A DNA stretch of 64,000 nucleotides from Macrostomum lignano. Lineage: Eukaryota. This document shows positions 12,701 to 24,000 of this stretch, piece after piece; position 1 is the first letter of the stretch; every line of letters begins with the position of its first letter. The notes below the pieces were generated by a model. It was not told where the DNA came from. It worked only from the letters and a program-made list of their open reading frames with translations, and ran no database searches. The stretch lies in assembly GCA_002269645.1 (NCBI GenBank), contig NIVC01001037.1, positions 124,001 through 188,000 on the forward strand. The letters are read 5' to 3'. A program made the position numbers and the translations under genes.

Positions 12701-13373
12701 TCATGGATATTTCAACTGTCAAGTATATTCTGGACATTGGTGCCTGGAAGTTTCTTCCATTAATATCAACAATATTAAACATAACCTTTGGCAAGACATC
12801 ATTGTAGAATTTTGAGGGCTCTAAAAGGTAATGAATGTTAACTTCGAGAGTGGCCACCCATTTAGTGCTTTCGCAGTACAAATACAACCAAACAATCAAA
12901 GAGATACATGATACAGGCAAATGAGATTTAGTGCCGTGATATTTAGTCCGTAGTAGCAGATGCTGTAATACTTACGAATATACGGTCATTGTACTTGTAC
13001 GCTCGTAGTTGTAGCAGTTGTCTTAAAAGTCTGATTTGTACTAGTTATTTCCTCATTATGTAACTACTCTAAATCAACGAGTCAATTTGATTAATAAACA
13101 CAATAAGCATGGTTCACAAAGTCCCTAATGACAGAAATTTCCCAAACTCACGCAGACGAGAAGAGCTACAAGCAGCACGGATACCGAGTCCTGTGCATTT
13201 GGTTCCACGGCATCGGCTGGGACACTCCGATCCGCGGCCTGTACGAAGCTCTGGTGCAAATCGACAGGCGGTCACTCGCCGAGCGGGTCAGAAAGAAGCT
13301 GGATCGCTCGGCTGAGTACTATTCTGCCGGCAGGAAAATCCATCACGAAGGTCGAAGCTGCACTATTCAGTAG
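3761..13373 (+). CDS. ANKDD1: Ankyrin repeat and death domain-containing protein (ANKDD1A/B-like), ~610 aa, 11 coding exons
   Basis: Phase-consistent exons: 3761-3818, 5027-5331, 5482-5586, 5664-5762, 6644-6852, 8153-8360 (acceptor uncertain), 9387-9485, 10004-10102, 10189-10299, 10810-11131, 13156-13373. Multiple 33-aa ankyrin repeats (RTALHMAA, GMSPLMWA, GYTALHYAA, QTPLHMAA), then VDMIIKAER and a death domain LWKLAFDHLRYGEWKKLALFWRF..HITAIEQQY..KSYKQHGYRVLCIWFHG, closely matching ANKDD1A as I recall it. Confidence 0.88.
3950..4760. repeat. Intronic minisatellite, 20-bp unit TGTTGCA(A/G)TG(C/G)TTTCTGTCG
   Basis: ~40 visible tandem copies in intron 1 of the ankyrin gene; source of several spurious ORFs. 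Confidence 0.95.
5806..6357. repeat. Intronic minisatellite, 20-bp unit TGCAGTGGGTTCTGTTGTGT
   Basis: ~27 near-identical copies; unit related to the 3950-4760 array. Confidence 0.95.
6880..7490. repeat. Purine-rich intronic minisatellite, ~16-bp unit AGTAGATAGTGA(A/G)GGG
   Basis: Tandem copies start about 25 nt after the donor at 6853. Confidence 0.92.
8390..9225. repeat. Intronic minisatellite, 25-bp unit GACAGTGTAGCTGAGGTGATGCTTT
   Basis: ~33 almost identical copies starting about 30 nt after the donor at 8361. Confidence 0.96.
9505..9965. repeat. Intronic minisatellite, 23-bp unit GGCTACTCAATCCTCAGACCCAT
   Basis: ~20 copies filling the intron between exons 9387-9485 and 10004-10102. Confidence 0.95.
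11270..12006 (-). mobile_element. Possible solo-LTR-like or promoter-bearing insert in the last ankyrin-gene intron
   Basis: GC-richer block that starts TGTAGT on the minus strand. It carries E-box CACGTG (11660), CRE TGACGTCA (11620), AP-1 TGACTCA (11595) and TATATAAG (11553-11546, minus). No TSD found. Confidence 0.3.
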
Positions 13374-13753
13374 ACTGTGACGTTCTTAAGCTACATGGGT
13401 TCAAATCAAAAACCTTAAAAAAACCCTTTCAAGTTTTCACTGTTCTGAGAAACCCAGTGTCCTGTCCTTATACTTGAGTCATAATTTTAACCTGCCTTGG
13501 GCGAATTCCAAAACCTACATTCGCACAGTTTTCATTATATTGTTTGAAGCGAATTGTCCTTAAAAAACAATACTTTTGTTGTAAGCTAATTCGGACTACT
13601 CTAAAATCGAAATTCATACACACACTTAAAGCTTTGAAGGTGCATGTCCGTGGTGGAGTGGATACAGAATATTGTATATTGTAAATATAATCCTTTCTGA
13701 GACGAAACGATTTATTCTTCAACATATTCTTCACAACACATTCTTTACAGCTA

Positions 13754-14080
13754 GGGTTGCAGCCTAGTGGTTAAAGCGTCGGACTCAGACGACTTGAAGG
13801 TCGGGGGTTCGGTTCTAGACTCAATCGGAACAATTTGTGTCCTTGATCAAGAAACTTAACTCTGCATTGCTTCAGTTCACCCAGCTGTAAAATGGGTGCC
13901 AGCATTAGCTGGGGTAATTGAAGGTGTGTGGTGACCCCCCCAGTCCTTGGACTGAACAGCCGTACGCAGCCTTCAGATGCGCCGCGCAAATAGCTGCGGC
14001 TGAGCTGTCGGTTGCACATCTGCCCATTAAGGCAGGTGCAATCAATTACTCGTATTATTATTATTATTATTATTATTACT
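13754..14080 (+). mobile_element. tRNA-derived SINE with CORE-like central domain, copy 1
   Basis: A-box TAGTGGTTAAAG and B-box GGTTC in the head. Central TGTGTCCTTG..AAGAAACTTAACTCTGCATTGCTTCAGTTCACCCAGCTGTAAAATGGG resembles the CORE domain. (ATT)n tail. Three more copies in the window. Confidence 0.85.
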
Positions 14081-14339
14081 AAGCGAAACAGAGAATTTAA
14101 ATAAATTAGAAAAAAATAATTTAGCATAATTTAAAAAAGGTAAGTTTCACCAACAGTTATTTTGAATAGAGTAACAAGACAAGGACAAGTTTAAGGCAAA
14201 ATCCAGTGGATAAGAGTGCAGGTCTAACAGAAGACAGCTGTAATTTAGAGAAAAGCAGACAACTGGAAGTAAGATATTGAGTTTCATTGTTCGAGCTTGA
14301 GTGTTTTCTCTCAGGCAATCCAACAGCAACTCTACGTGA

Positions 14340-14675
14340 GTATTAAAAATTCTACTGCCTTCAGCCGTGACTGAAGTCACCTGGACGGGTCTCCTGGGAG
14401 CAGCGGTGGAGAAGTCGGCGCTCCAGACGGCGGACATCAGACAGAGCTTCGTCTCCGGCTAGAAGGCGAAGGCTGCGCAGCCGCAGGGCTGACGGATGGC
14501 GCAATCGGTGGCGCGGTCGGACTGGCTCTGGCAGGCCGATGGTGTAACTTCAGCGGGCTAAATCCGGCATAGCCAAGAGTAGAGCGCTATAAAATACACT
14601 CACGTGACGATTCAGCAGCAGCAGTGGCATACAACGCAGAGCTAATGATCATAAAGTAGCGCAGGCTATGAATCA
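14340..14675 (-). pseudogene. Degenerate third copy of the PAN/apple-fibrinogen gene (signal exon + PAN exon only)
   Basis: Signal-peptide-like exon MIHSLRYFMIISSALYATAAAESS ending in GTGAG. Next exon CAIRQPCGCAAFAF*PETKLCLMSAVWSADF is paralogous to 17688-17924 but has an in-frame TAG. No fibrinogen exons follow. Confidence 0.75.
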
Positions 14676-15434
14676 TGAGATCGTATTGGTGAAAAGTCTA
14701 GTATCAGTTTTCTGCGACTGTTTAGTTTCAAAGTTTCAGACCAGAGTGGATATTTGAGAAGTTTCCAGACCCATCAGACTGCCTGGAGGAAATGGCTTTT
14801 CTAGCTCCTGATCGGAAGCATGTGAAAACACATGGTCCATGCTTTGCGAGTACTGGCATTGAGATTAACTTAGTTTCTTTGCTGACGATTGCGAAAAGGT
14901 GAAAGGTGTCTTTTTTCACCAATCTCTCATCGTTGGAAGGTTCGATTCGGCGATTGTCTTGGTCTAGCATCGGAATTTTCGCCACCACGTGCTGGAACCT
15001 CAGGTTTGGACTCCGATGCGGTGGCTTCCACATTGATTTTTCGATCCAGCTACTGGTACAATTGAAAAGGATGAGGATGAACTTTCCTATTCAAGCCATT
15101 GTCTCTGCAGCTCAGCTGCTGACACCCAACCGAGTGAGGGAAGCGCAACCTCCTGCAGATCCCGACAAGAAACTCATAGCTTTATGCAAGAAACCATACG
15201 CTGAGGCATTTCTCTGCCCATTCCGCTGACTACTGAGCTTGCACAAGTTCTCGGTTACCTCAGTCAGACATGTACACTCTCTGTACTTTCCAGGTTGGCC
15301 CTCATGGTTCTGGTTTGGATTTTGGTAGTTCAGGAAGCCTATTGGAAGACCAAGACTCCAATGTGTAGTCTTTTTTAGCCTTACCTCAAATTTTGATAAG
15401 TTAGACTAGACGAGCTGATTGATGCTTCCTGGAA

Positions 15435-16197
15435 CTAACTAACTAACTAAATAAGTAAATCTGGCGCCTCAGCCATTGAACAGGCTCTTACGCCACTAGA
15501 GAGATATAGGTTCCAAGTTGGGAGTGTACTAATGCACACTTAAATCCTAATTAGAACTAAGAGGACTGTACATCGAGCCGGGAAAGCGGCGTCAGTCAGG
15601 CCAAGAGCGGGCCCTACCCCCGACCCTCAGAGCGTACGCCTACTCCAAACCCAATTGGCTTATCTAAGCCTCCCCGGGGCTGGCAGGGTTAAGTGAACCT
15701 CGGGGGCAGCCCGTGCCTTCTCCTGGGTTAGAAAATGCCAAAAAAGTGGTCCGAAGACCTCCCCACGGCCGTGGCTACCCGGAGGAGTCTCCCTATCTAC
15801 CAAACCCCGGGTACTCTTGCCAAGACAGTATCTTATCTTTGAAGCGGCAGGAGGGCTAATCGCCGGGACTATTTCACCCTTTGCTTCGCCAACCCACCAT
15901 TTCTATAGTGACCGTGCCAACGGTCCCGTCCTGCTCAGACTCAGTCCTGGTTCTGGCACACTCCAGCTTTAATAGGGTCGCTGGCTGTTCGCTCAGAGGG
16001 CACTCCGAGGGGGACCGTCAGAGCACCAACTGGAACAGGTATAGGCCTGCCTTCCTATACAGCTACCCACAGCCCTTCCTGATCCACTATTACCCTCCAA
16101 CCCAGCCTACTAACTCATTACAAGCTTTCAGCCAGGCGGAGACAAGTTTCACAGGAGTACTGCGGTTAGGCGCCTCTATGCGAGACAAAACCATAAG
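15435..16197 (-). mobile_element. 763-bp non-coding insert with 41-bp target duplication and (TTAG)n tail; probable non-autonomous RTE-type retroelement
   Basis: Exact 41-bp direct repeat TGATAAGTTAGACTAGACGAGCTGATTGATGCTTCCTGGAA at 15394-15434 and 16198-16238. Minus-strand 3' end is GAGGCGCCAG...TTAGTTAGTTAG. GC-rich and hairpin-rich with no convincing ORF. RTE assignment is inferred from the long TSD and the microsatellite tail. Confidence 0.7.
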
Positions 16198-16467
16198 TGA
16201 TAAGTTAGACTAGACGAGCTGATTGATGCTTCCTGGAAAGTCCAGCTGGTCTTCACTAATAGGAAATTTAACAACGCCTTAGCTAACTTCCTACTAAAAA
16301 TTTCTGGAGCTGAAACTACTAAAAGTAGCATAAAAGCTAATCTGCGTTACCCCCTTAAACAATGCCCTACTGCAGAACCAAAACTGAAAACAGCTATTAT
16401 TTGTATGAATATTAGAAGTTAATATATGCAGACATCGCGGGTTTAATGCTTGAAAACATCTTATTAA

Positions 16468-16768
16468 ACAATAATAATAATAATTGATTACACCTGCCCG
16501 GGCAGATGTGCAACCGACAGCTCAGCCGCAGCTATTTCGCAACGCATCTGAAGGCGGCGTACGGCTGTTCAGTCCATGGAATGGGGGGTCGCCACACTCC
16601 CTCAATTACCCCAGCTAATGCTGGCACCCATTTTACAGTTAAGTGAACTGAAGCAATGCAGAGTTAAGTGTCTTGCTCAAGGACACAAATTGTTCCGAGT
16701 GAGTCAAGAATCGAACCCCCGACCTTCAAGTCGTGAGTCCGACGCTCTGACCACTAGGCTACAACCCC
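16468..16768 (-). mobile_element. tRNA-derived CORE-like SINE, copy 2
   Basis: Reverse-complement match to 13754-14080, including the GGTTCGATTC B-box and (ATT)n tail. Confidence 0.87.
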
Positions 16769-16968
16769 TAAGTCCTATTAAAACTTGCGTTAAAAGTTGT
16801 AACATCTATAAAAAATTAATATGCTGGTACATTTGACATTATAAAATTGTGATATGCGTGGAATAATAGAAAAAGAAAAGAAAAATATAAAGAAATCTTA
16901 GCGATTAGTTTTAAAGTATTCGGCAGTATCGATAGTTGTTCGACAGTTGATCCAACTGTTGGATATTT

Positions 16969-18103
16969 TTAGGCAACCTGCAGCAGGAGTCGAACGCTCT
17001 TGATCGCAGCTAGGACTCCATATGTAGCACCCGCCCAAATCATTGCGGTAGCATCAACCTCATCAGACTGGCGATACTTCCCGTTCGGATTCATCTGGGC
17101 GCAGCCGTTGAACCACCAGCCGCCGTTGCCGCTAACACTGGAGCAGGAAGAGTTGTCCAAATTGTCGTTGTCGCGGTCCATGGTGGAGAACTGCATGCCC
17201 TTGTGAACGGTGAGCGAGTCGCTGCTCATGTTGGAGCTGCCATTCAAGTACGAGACGAAGTTCATGGTGTAGTTGGTGCTGGCATCGCCTACGGTGAAGC
17301 CGGAGTACTCAGCGACGAAGAGGACATCCGACCAGGTGACGGCCTCGACTCTCAGCAGCTTCGGGCTGCTGCCGGTGACATTATGAAGTTTTTGCAGACC
17401 TTTGAAATGTTTAGTGCAGGCATAATTTCAATAGCAGTTTCAGACAATCCGGATGCTCAATGCACAGAACTGCACCAGCTACTCACCCAGCCAGACATCC
17501 ATCCCATCTTGAAATCCAACTTCATATTCGGTCCACGGGCGAGCGAAGCTCAGAGATCCACAAACTCTCCGCTGCATTATTAGAAAGCTTCTATTCCCAA
17601 CTTGCACTGAAGATGCCGAAATAGAAGTGCATGGATGCGAATCAATGAGCTTGGAATTGCAGTCCAAGTATTATAAGTTCTACTCACCCCGTGACTGCAG
17701 CCGCCTCCGATGGACGGGTCTCCCGGGAGCAGCGGTGGCGAAGTCGGCTCCCCAGACGGCAGACAGCAGACAGAGCTTCGTCTCCGGCACGAAGGCGAAG
17801 GCCGCACAGCCGCAGGGTTGAAGGCTCGTGCATTTGGCGGCGCAGTGGATGGCGTTGCGGCCGGTCAATGACGTCACTACAGCGGCTTCCACTGTAGACG
17901 CTGGCTGAATCGAGAACTCGAGCCCTGATGAGAACAATTCGGTTTATCTCCTACTTCTGCTTGAGCAAAGAACGCGGAAGAGATTTCGGTTTCTAAGAAG
18001 TTTCCATAAACAGGCAAAACCTGCACTTCTTACTTGTATTTGTCGATTCAGCCGCTGCGACGCACATAATTACGATCAGTTTTATGAAGAGATTCGAGCA
18101 CAT
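16969..18103 (-). CDS. Secreted PAN/apple + fibrinogen-related domain (FReD) protein, intact copy
   Basis: Four phase-1-joined exons: 18103-18034 (signal peptide MCSNLFIKLIVIMCVAAAES), 17924-17688 (CAAKC..QPCGCAAFAF.PETKLCLLS, PAN/apple-like), 17606-17487 (IMQRR..GSLSFARPWTEYEVGF..VWLG), 17399-16969 (GMQFSTMDRDND..C...GNGGWWFNGC...NPNG..Y.....IW). The last two carry FReD signatures. Confidence 0.88.
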
Positions 18104-18999
18104 GTTGTATAGCCTTGATGGGAGTTGAACAAGACAGTCACAGGCAATCTAGAAGCAGTAGACTTTATATACGAGGTAAACTGACCGAAAAAGTTTCCTA
18201 GGGCTTCTATTATAGCAGTATCATATAATAGCAAAACAAAATGTCGCTATGGCAACACTTCATTATTTTACGCGGACACGCCAACTCTGATAACTCTGTT
18301 TACCTTGCTACTCTGCGTAAATGAAATTTGTGAACAAACTAAACTGAAAATTGCCATCAAATCTTGTGGGAACCCTCATTATGTAATTGCGTAAAGAGTG
18401 GCAGTAAGGGAATATTTATTCAAGTAATTAATTTGCAATCTTCAGTGCATTAGTGCCTGTCTCCAGCCCAACCTTTATTGGCTTATCGAAGCAAATTAGC
18501 TAGTAAATTGTTTAGCACAGCCTAGCAACCCTTTGTTCGCCCTGACTGACTGAACCCGATCACAATGGCCTGAGAATGCTCTTAATGACGAAGTAGACTT
18601 AAGTACACTACCGGTACATGAAAGTGTACTCAACACATAAAAGCAAATTATGAGCACCTACAAATAAAATTTTATGTTATCTTCATTGTGAAATTCTCAA
18701 CCAATGTGGATGAAGAATTCATCGTGACAGTTATGTACAGATTTTGCCCTAAATGTAATCGAAGTAGTGACACGTATTGCTTGCTATTGAACAATTATTT
18801 TTCCTCCGAGCATGCATAGGGTAGATCTATCATTTGTTGTGTAGTATTCAGCCAAAGAAGTTCACAAATCCTCACGGCAAAAAAAACAGCAGAATACATT
18901 CTGAGCTCTTCACGCTGGGTCAAGAAAAATTATGTACGGCCAAGCTTCCAGCAAAACTAAAGAGACATTCATATTTCTGTCAAATCTCAGGGAACGAGT

Positions 19000-20164
19000 T
19001 CAAAGCAGCTCAAGCATGAGTCGGGTGCTCTTCAGCGCGATGTACTGCCCGTCAGTGGCGCCCTTCCACATCATGGCCTTCGTGTTGCTCACATTGGATG
19101 GGTAGTAGATCGCGTTCGGGTTCGAGTTGCAGCAGCCTTTGAACCACCAGCCGCCGTTGCCGAAGTAGTTGGAGCAGGGCAGGCTAAAGACGTCATTGTC
19201 GCGGTCTATGGTGGAGAACTGCATGCCTTTGTGAACGGTGAGCGAGTCGCTGCTCGTGTTGGAGCTGCACCACTCAGGTAAGAGTCAAAATTCATGGTGT
19301 AGTTGGTGCTGACATCGCCCACAGTGAAGCCGGAGTACTCAGCGACGAAGAGGACATTCGACCAGGTGACGGCCTCGACTCTCAGCAGCTTCGGGCTGCT
19401 GCCAGTGAGCTGGTTGAGCTTGATCAGGCCTGAAGCAGCAGGATAGACACCCAAAATAGTGTGATAGTGTGGTATGTGTCGCTAGATAAAGAAAAACTGG
19501 TAACATACCCAGCCACAGATCTGTGCAGTCCTTGAAGCCGGTCTCGTACTCTGTCCACGGGCGAGCAAAGCTGAGCTCGCCTGCGAGTCGCCGTTGAAAC
19601 ACGACGAACCTTCTCGCTCCAAGGAGTTCAACAGGCTCTAAAGCTGGTCGGTTGTGAATGCGCGCTGCTGGCGAATGTTGGACTACAGATTTCCGCAAAT
19701 AATAGAGAGCATTGTGACCAAATCCAGGCGATAGGCTGTCTTATGACTTACCCGCCTTACGCAGCCGCCTCCGATAGACGGGCTTCCCGGGAGCAGCGGC
19801 GGAGAAGTCGGCGCCCCAGATCGCGGACAGCTGGCACAGCTTCGTCTCCGGCACGAAGGCGGAGGCCGCGCAGGCGCAGGACGGCTGTACGGCGCACTGG
19901 TTGGCGCAGTCGATGACGCTGTCACCAGGCGATGTTGTCACAGCGGCTTGCATCACGGGAGCGTCTGGCCGGCTGGAAAACTCGACAACAACTGTAAAGG
20001 ATTCGGCTTTTTCAAATGGCATATCAGTTCATGATGCATGTAGTCTTTCAATGGCGTGTATTTAGCGGCGACTGACTCTTACCAGATGCCTGTATTTCGG
20101 CTACAGTGCCGTACATTGCTGCCGTACAGACGATTATGAACACATGTAGATCTAGGCAGTTCAT
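19000..20164 (-). CDS. Secreted PAN/apple + FReD protein, paralogous copy with a +2 frameshift in the last exon
   Basis: Exons 20164-20083 (MNCLDLHVFIIVCTAAMYGTVA), 19991-19752, 19637-19509 (VFQRRLAGELSFARPWTEYETGF..LWLG), 19429-19000 (MQFSTIDRDND..GGWWFKGCCNSNPN). GGTGCAGCTCC here vs GGCAGCTCC in the paralog near 19268 shifts the frame: pseudogenisation or assembly error. Confidence 0.8.
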
Positions 20165-20747
20165 TGTTACGAGTAACTTTGGCGCTTGGTTGTTCTTTCA
20201 ATAAGAAGAATTTAGATAGAATTTTCCAGCGCCTTAAAATCATAGCCAGTGTTTGAGATACCGGCTTTATATACAATCGTTATGTTTCTGCTGTCGTCAG
20301 AAAAAGAGTTCGAGGATATTTTTTATTTTTGCTGACAATGCGCTCAGCTTCCTGATTTGAGGCGGTTTTAGAAGATTAAAAAAATACGATTAAATCATTG
20401 AATGCTTAGATTTGTAACCCACCCAGGCGTTACTAGCCTCACAAACAATCCCAAAAGCTAGTCGAAAGTTGAGTCTGGCAATCCAACTTCCTCTCGAAAA
20501 TTTTGCAAAAAACTACCTTTGAATTTCCGTATGTTGCCAACGGCTCAAATGATTTGAAAAGAAACTTTTTTAGAGTCAAGCAGCCGCCTCAGTGACGCCG
20601 GAGAGTCGAAACGGAAGCCAGCACTCTTTGCAAAGACGGCCCCGAGTCAAAAACGTCAGCTGCAGTGGGGAGTCTAAAATCACTTGAATCTAGCGGACTT
20701 TTTTGCAAACCTTCGTAACATTTAAAGTTATTGAAAGTTCAGAGTCT

Positions 20748-20842
20748 CCCTGTTGCGGTCAGGTGGGGTCTCGGTCTGCAGGACCGCCCTCACATAACGA
20801 AAGGCAGTCCAGTCCACGCCAGCCCACGGCAACGCCGCAGAA
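20748..20842 (-). mobile_element. Short diverged RTE LINE fragment
   Basis: Minus strand GGACTGGACTGCCTTTCGTTATGTGAGGGCGGTCCTGCAGACCGAGACCCCACCTGACCG aligns by eye with 47775-47845 of the RTE fragment. Confidence 0.6.
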
Positions 20843-21065
20843 AAGTTGAAAGTAATGGTTATGAGCAGACAAAATCAACAGCTACAAAAAGGATTATGTT
20901 CTAGGATTATGTAATAAAGATAACCGACAGAAGCTTCACATTATAGTTGTCTCTGTCTTACTGTTTAAATTTGTCTATTTCAGTTTCCGTTATTTCGGTT
21001 CCATGGTAGCACAAATTAAGTTGAGTTATTGCGATATGTCTATCATGAGAACAACATCGCAGAGT

Positions 21066-24000
21066 TCATGACTGGTCCATGTGCATGTAGTTCAGCCTGC
21101 GGGGCACAAACACCACAGCAAACGTGGCAATCAGGCCCAGGTAGATACAGAAAAACAGCCGGTCTAGGGTGCGCAGCAGGTCGCGCCAGTCAGCAGCCAC
21201 AGCGTCGGCGGTGTCCTCGCGACATCCGCGTCGCAAGAGTCGCCGAATGCTGCGCGCCACCCGGCGCAGATCCTTTTCCATGCGGCTGGCTGGGAACTCG
21301 CTGGCTGCGCGAGTGCCGTCCTTGACACCGCCGCAGTTTTCAGTGTCGCTAGCCGATTCGGATGACTCGGAGGGCGTCGGGGTTGGCGACGGCGTCGGAG
21401 GTGGCGGCGGCGGCAGCAGTATCACCGAGTGCCGACTTCGGACTTGCAGCAGGCAGCCGATTGAGTCCAGCATGACCTTCGGGAGGAGCAAGAACTGTCT
21501 AGTGTCAGAAGTTTTGTGTTTTGAGAAATTCACTAAAATTTCTTTCCTTGCTACTCTTTAGTAGACGATAATGTATATAAGTACAGGGTGTGTTTCTGTT
21601 TGCGAGAGAGTGCACAGGTGTCAGTGGAATGAGCCTGGATAAGGCTGGACAGGCTGGAAGCTATCCGAGCTCCCTGCCAAACTGGCAGTGCTACGCTCGT
21701 ACTACCGTAAGTAGCATACAGCAGCCTACTTTTTTAAGCATCGGATGCATCGGCTGCCTTGAGTCGCCGTTGTTAAAGTGCAGATTGACAATTATGCTGA
21801 CCAGAAAAGTCGATACCGTTATCATCACCATGTTGACGCAGTAATAGCAGCTTGAAAGCGTAAGAAAATGATAGACAGTGTGATACATGTAATGCAGAGC
21901 CAGTTCAGATGGACTATAAGAGTGATAGCTTTTTTAGATGCTCTCAAAATTCCCAAACCGAAACTTGCTCACCAATCAGCGGGAAAGCCTCGACAGCGCT
22001 GGGGATGAGCTCTGCCAGCAGCAGCAGCAGAATGAAGAAAGCGACAAAGATGCTCATGCCTGGATTAGAGTTATTAATGGAGCTGGACTAATGAACTAGC
22101 TCTGTTATATACATACCGGTACATGTAGTATCATATAGGGAAAAAAAACGTCAAATGCACGTTCGGACACTGTCTGAACTGACTGATTCAATTAAATGTT
22201 AAACAGTTAACACTCCAGTGAAATTCTCGTCATCTTTTAAGCATCGAACGGGAGCTTATATTTCCGGCTAGCACCGAAAGTGATTTCTATGGTAATCTTA
22301 ACTTCGATCTCATCAGTCTCGAAAACTCTCGGAGCACAATCAGTCCCAGCACTTCGCTTACCAAGCAGCATCTTGGCGGGCGCCTCAGGCGGCAGGCAAA
22401 AGACCACCAAGGTGAGGCAGGACAGCAGGATGCACGGCACCACAAGGATGGCTACGTAGAATGACGGATTCCGCATTATGCGAATCCGGTAGTCCAGCAG
22501 GCGGTACCGCCTGATCACGGGATTGCCTTCGGCGTCGTGTCCGCTCTCGTTGCGGTAGCGGACCCAGCTGCGGATCTGCAAGACCCGCTGGTCTGGATCG
22601 GCTATGCCCGCCTGGAATTTCAGAAGATTGGCGCGCGGTACTCGCTACTTACAGAGTAAACATGCGAGATTATAAACTGGTGGAACATGGTGGGATCCAT
22701 TCACTGATCTGATGAGGATGCAGTCTTGACCCATTCAATGATCTGATGAGGATGCAGTCTTGACCCATTCAATGATCTGATGAGGATGCAGTCTTGACCC
22801 ATTCAATGATCTGATGAGGATGCAGTCTTGACCCATTCAATGATCTGATGAGGATGCAGTCTTGATCCATTCAATGATCTGATGAGGATGCAGTCTTGAC
22901 CCATTCAATGATCTGATGAGGATGCAGTCTTGACCCATTCAATGATCTGATGAGGATGCAGTCTTGATCCATTCAATGATCTGATGAGGATGCAGTCTTG
23001 ACCCATTCAATGATCTGATGAGGATGCAGTCTTGACCCATTCAATGATCTGATGAGGATGCAGTCTTGATCCATTCAATGATCTGATGAGGATGCAGTCT
23101 TGACCCATTCAATGATCTGATGAGGATGCAGTCTTGATCCATTCAATGATCTGATGAGGATGCAGTCTTGACCCATTCAATGATCTGATGAGGATGCAGT
23201 CTTGACCCATTCAATGATCTGATGAGGATGCAGTCTTGACCCATTCAATGATCTGATGAGGATGCAGTCTTGACCCATTCAATGATCTGATGAGGATGCA
23301 GTCTTGATCCATTCAATGATCTGATGAGGATGCAGTCTTGACCCATTCAATGATCTGATGAGGATGCAGTCTTGACCCATTCAATGATCTGATGAGGATG
23401 CAGTCTTGATCCATTCAATGATCTGATGAGGATGCAGTCTTGACCCATTCAATGATCTGATGAGGATGCAGTCTTGACCCATTCAATGATCTGATGAGGA
23501 TGCAGTCTTGACCCATTCAATGATCTGATGAGGATGCAGTCTTGATCCATTCAATGATCTGATGAGGATGCAGTCTTGACCCATTCAATGATCTGATGAG
23601 GATGCAGTCTTGATCCATTCAATGATCTGATGAGGATGCAGTCTTGACCCATTCAATGATCTGATGAGGATGCAGTCTTGACCCATTCAATGATCTGATG
23701 AGGATGCAGTCTTGACCCATTCAATGATCTGATGAGGATGCAGTCTTGACCCATTCAATGATCTGATGAGGATGCAGTCTTGATCCATTCAATGATCTGA
23801 TGAGGATGCAGTCTTGACCCATTCACTGATCTGATGAGGATGCAGTCTTGACCCATTCAATGATCTGATGAGGATGCAGTCTTGACCCATTCAATGATCT
23901 GATGAGGATGCAGTCTTGACCCATTCAATGATCTGATGAGGATGCAGTCTTGATCCATTCAATGATCTGATGAGGATGCAGTCTTGACCCATTCAATGAT

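Noticed and set aside
13754-13830. tRNA genes at SINE heads (also 16768, 37792, 48199)
   Set aside because: A and B boxes are present, but there is no proper cloverleaf or acceptor stem, and each continues into a repeated SINE body.
15640-15710. Twister ribozyme (TAACCCTGCC on the minus strand)
   Set aside because: The conserved downstream GGTCCCAAGC-type segment and pseudoknot partners are absent.
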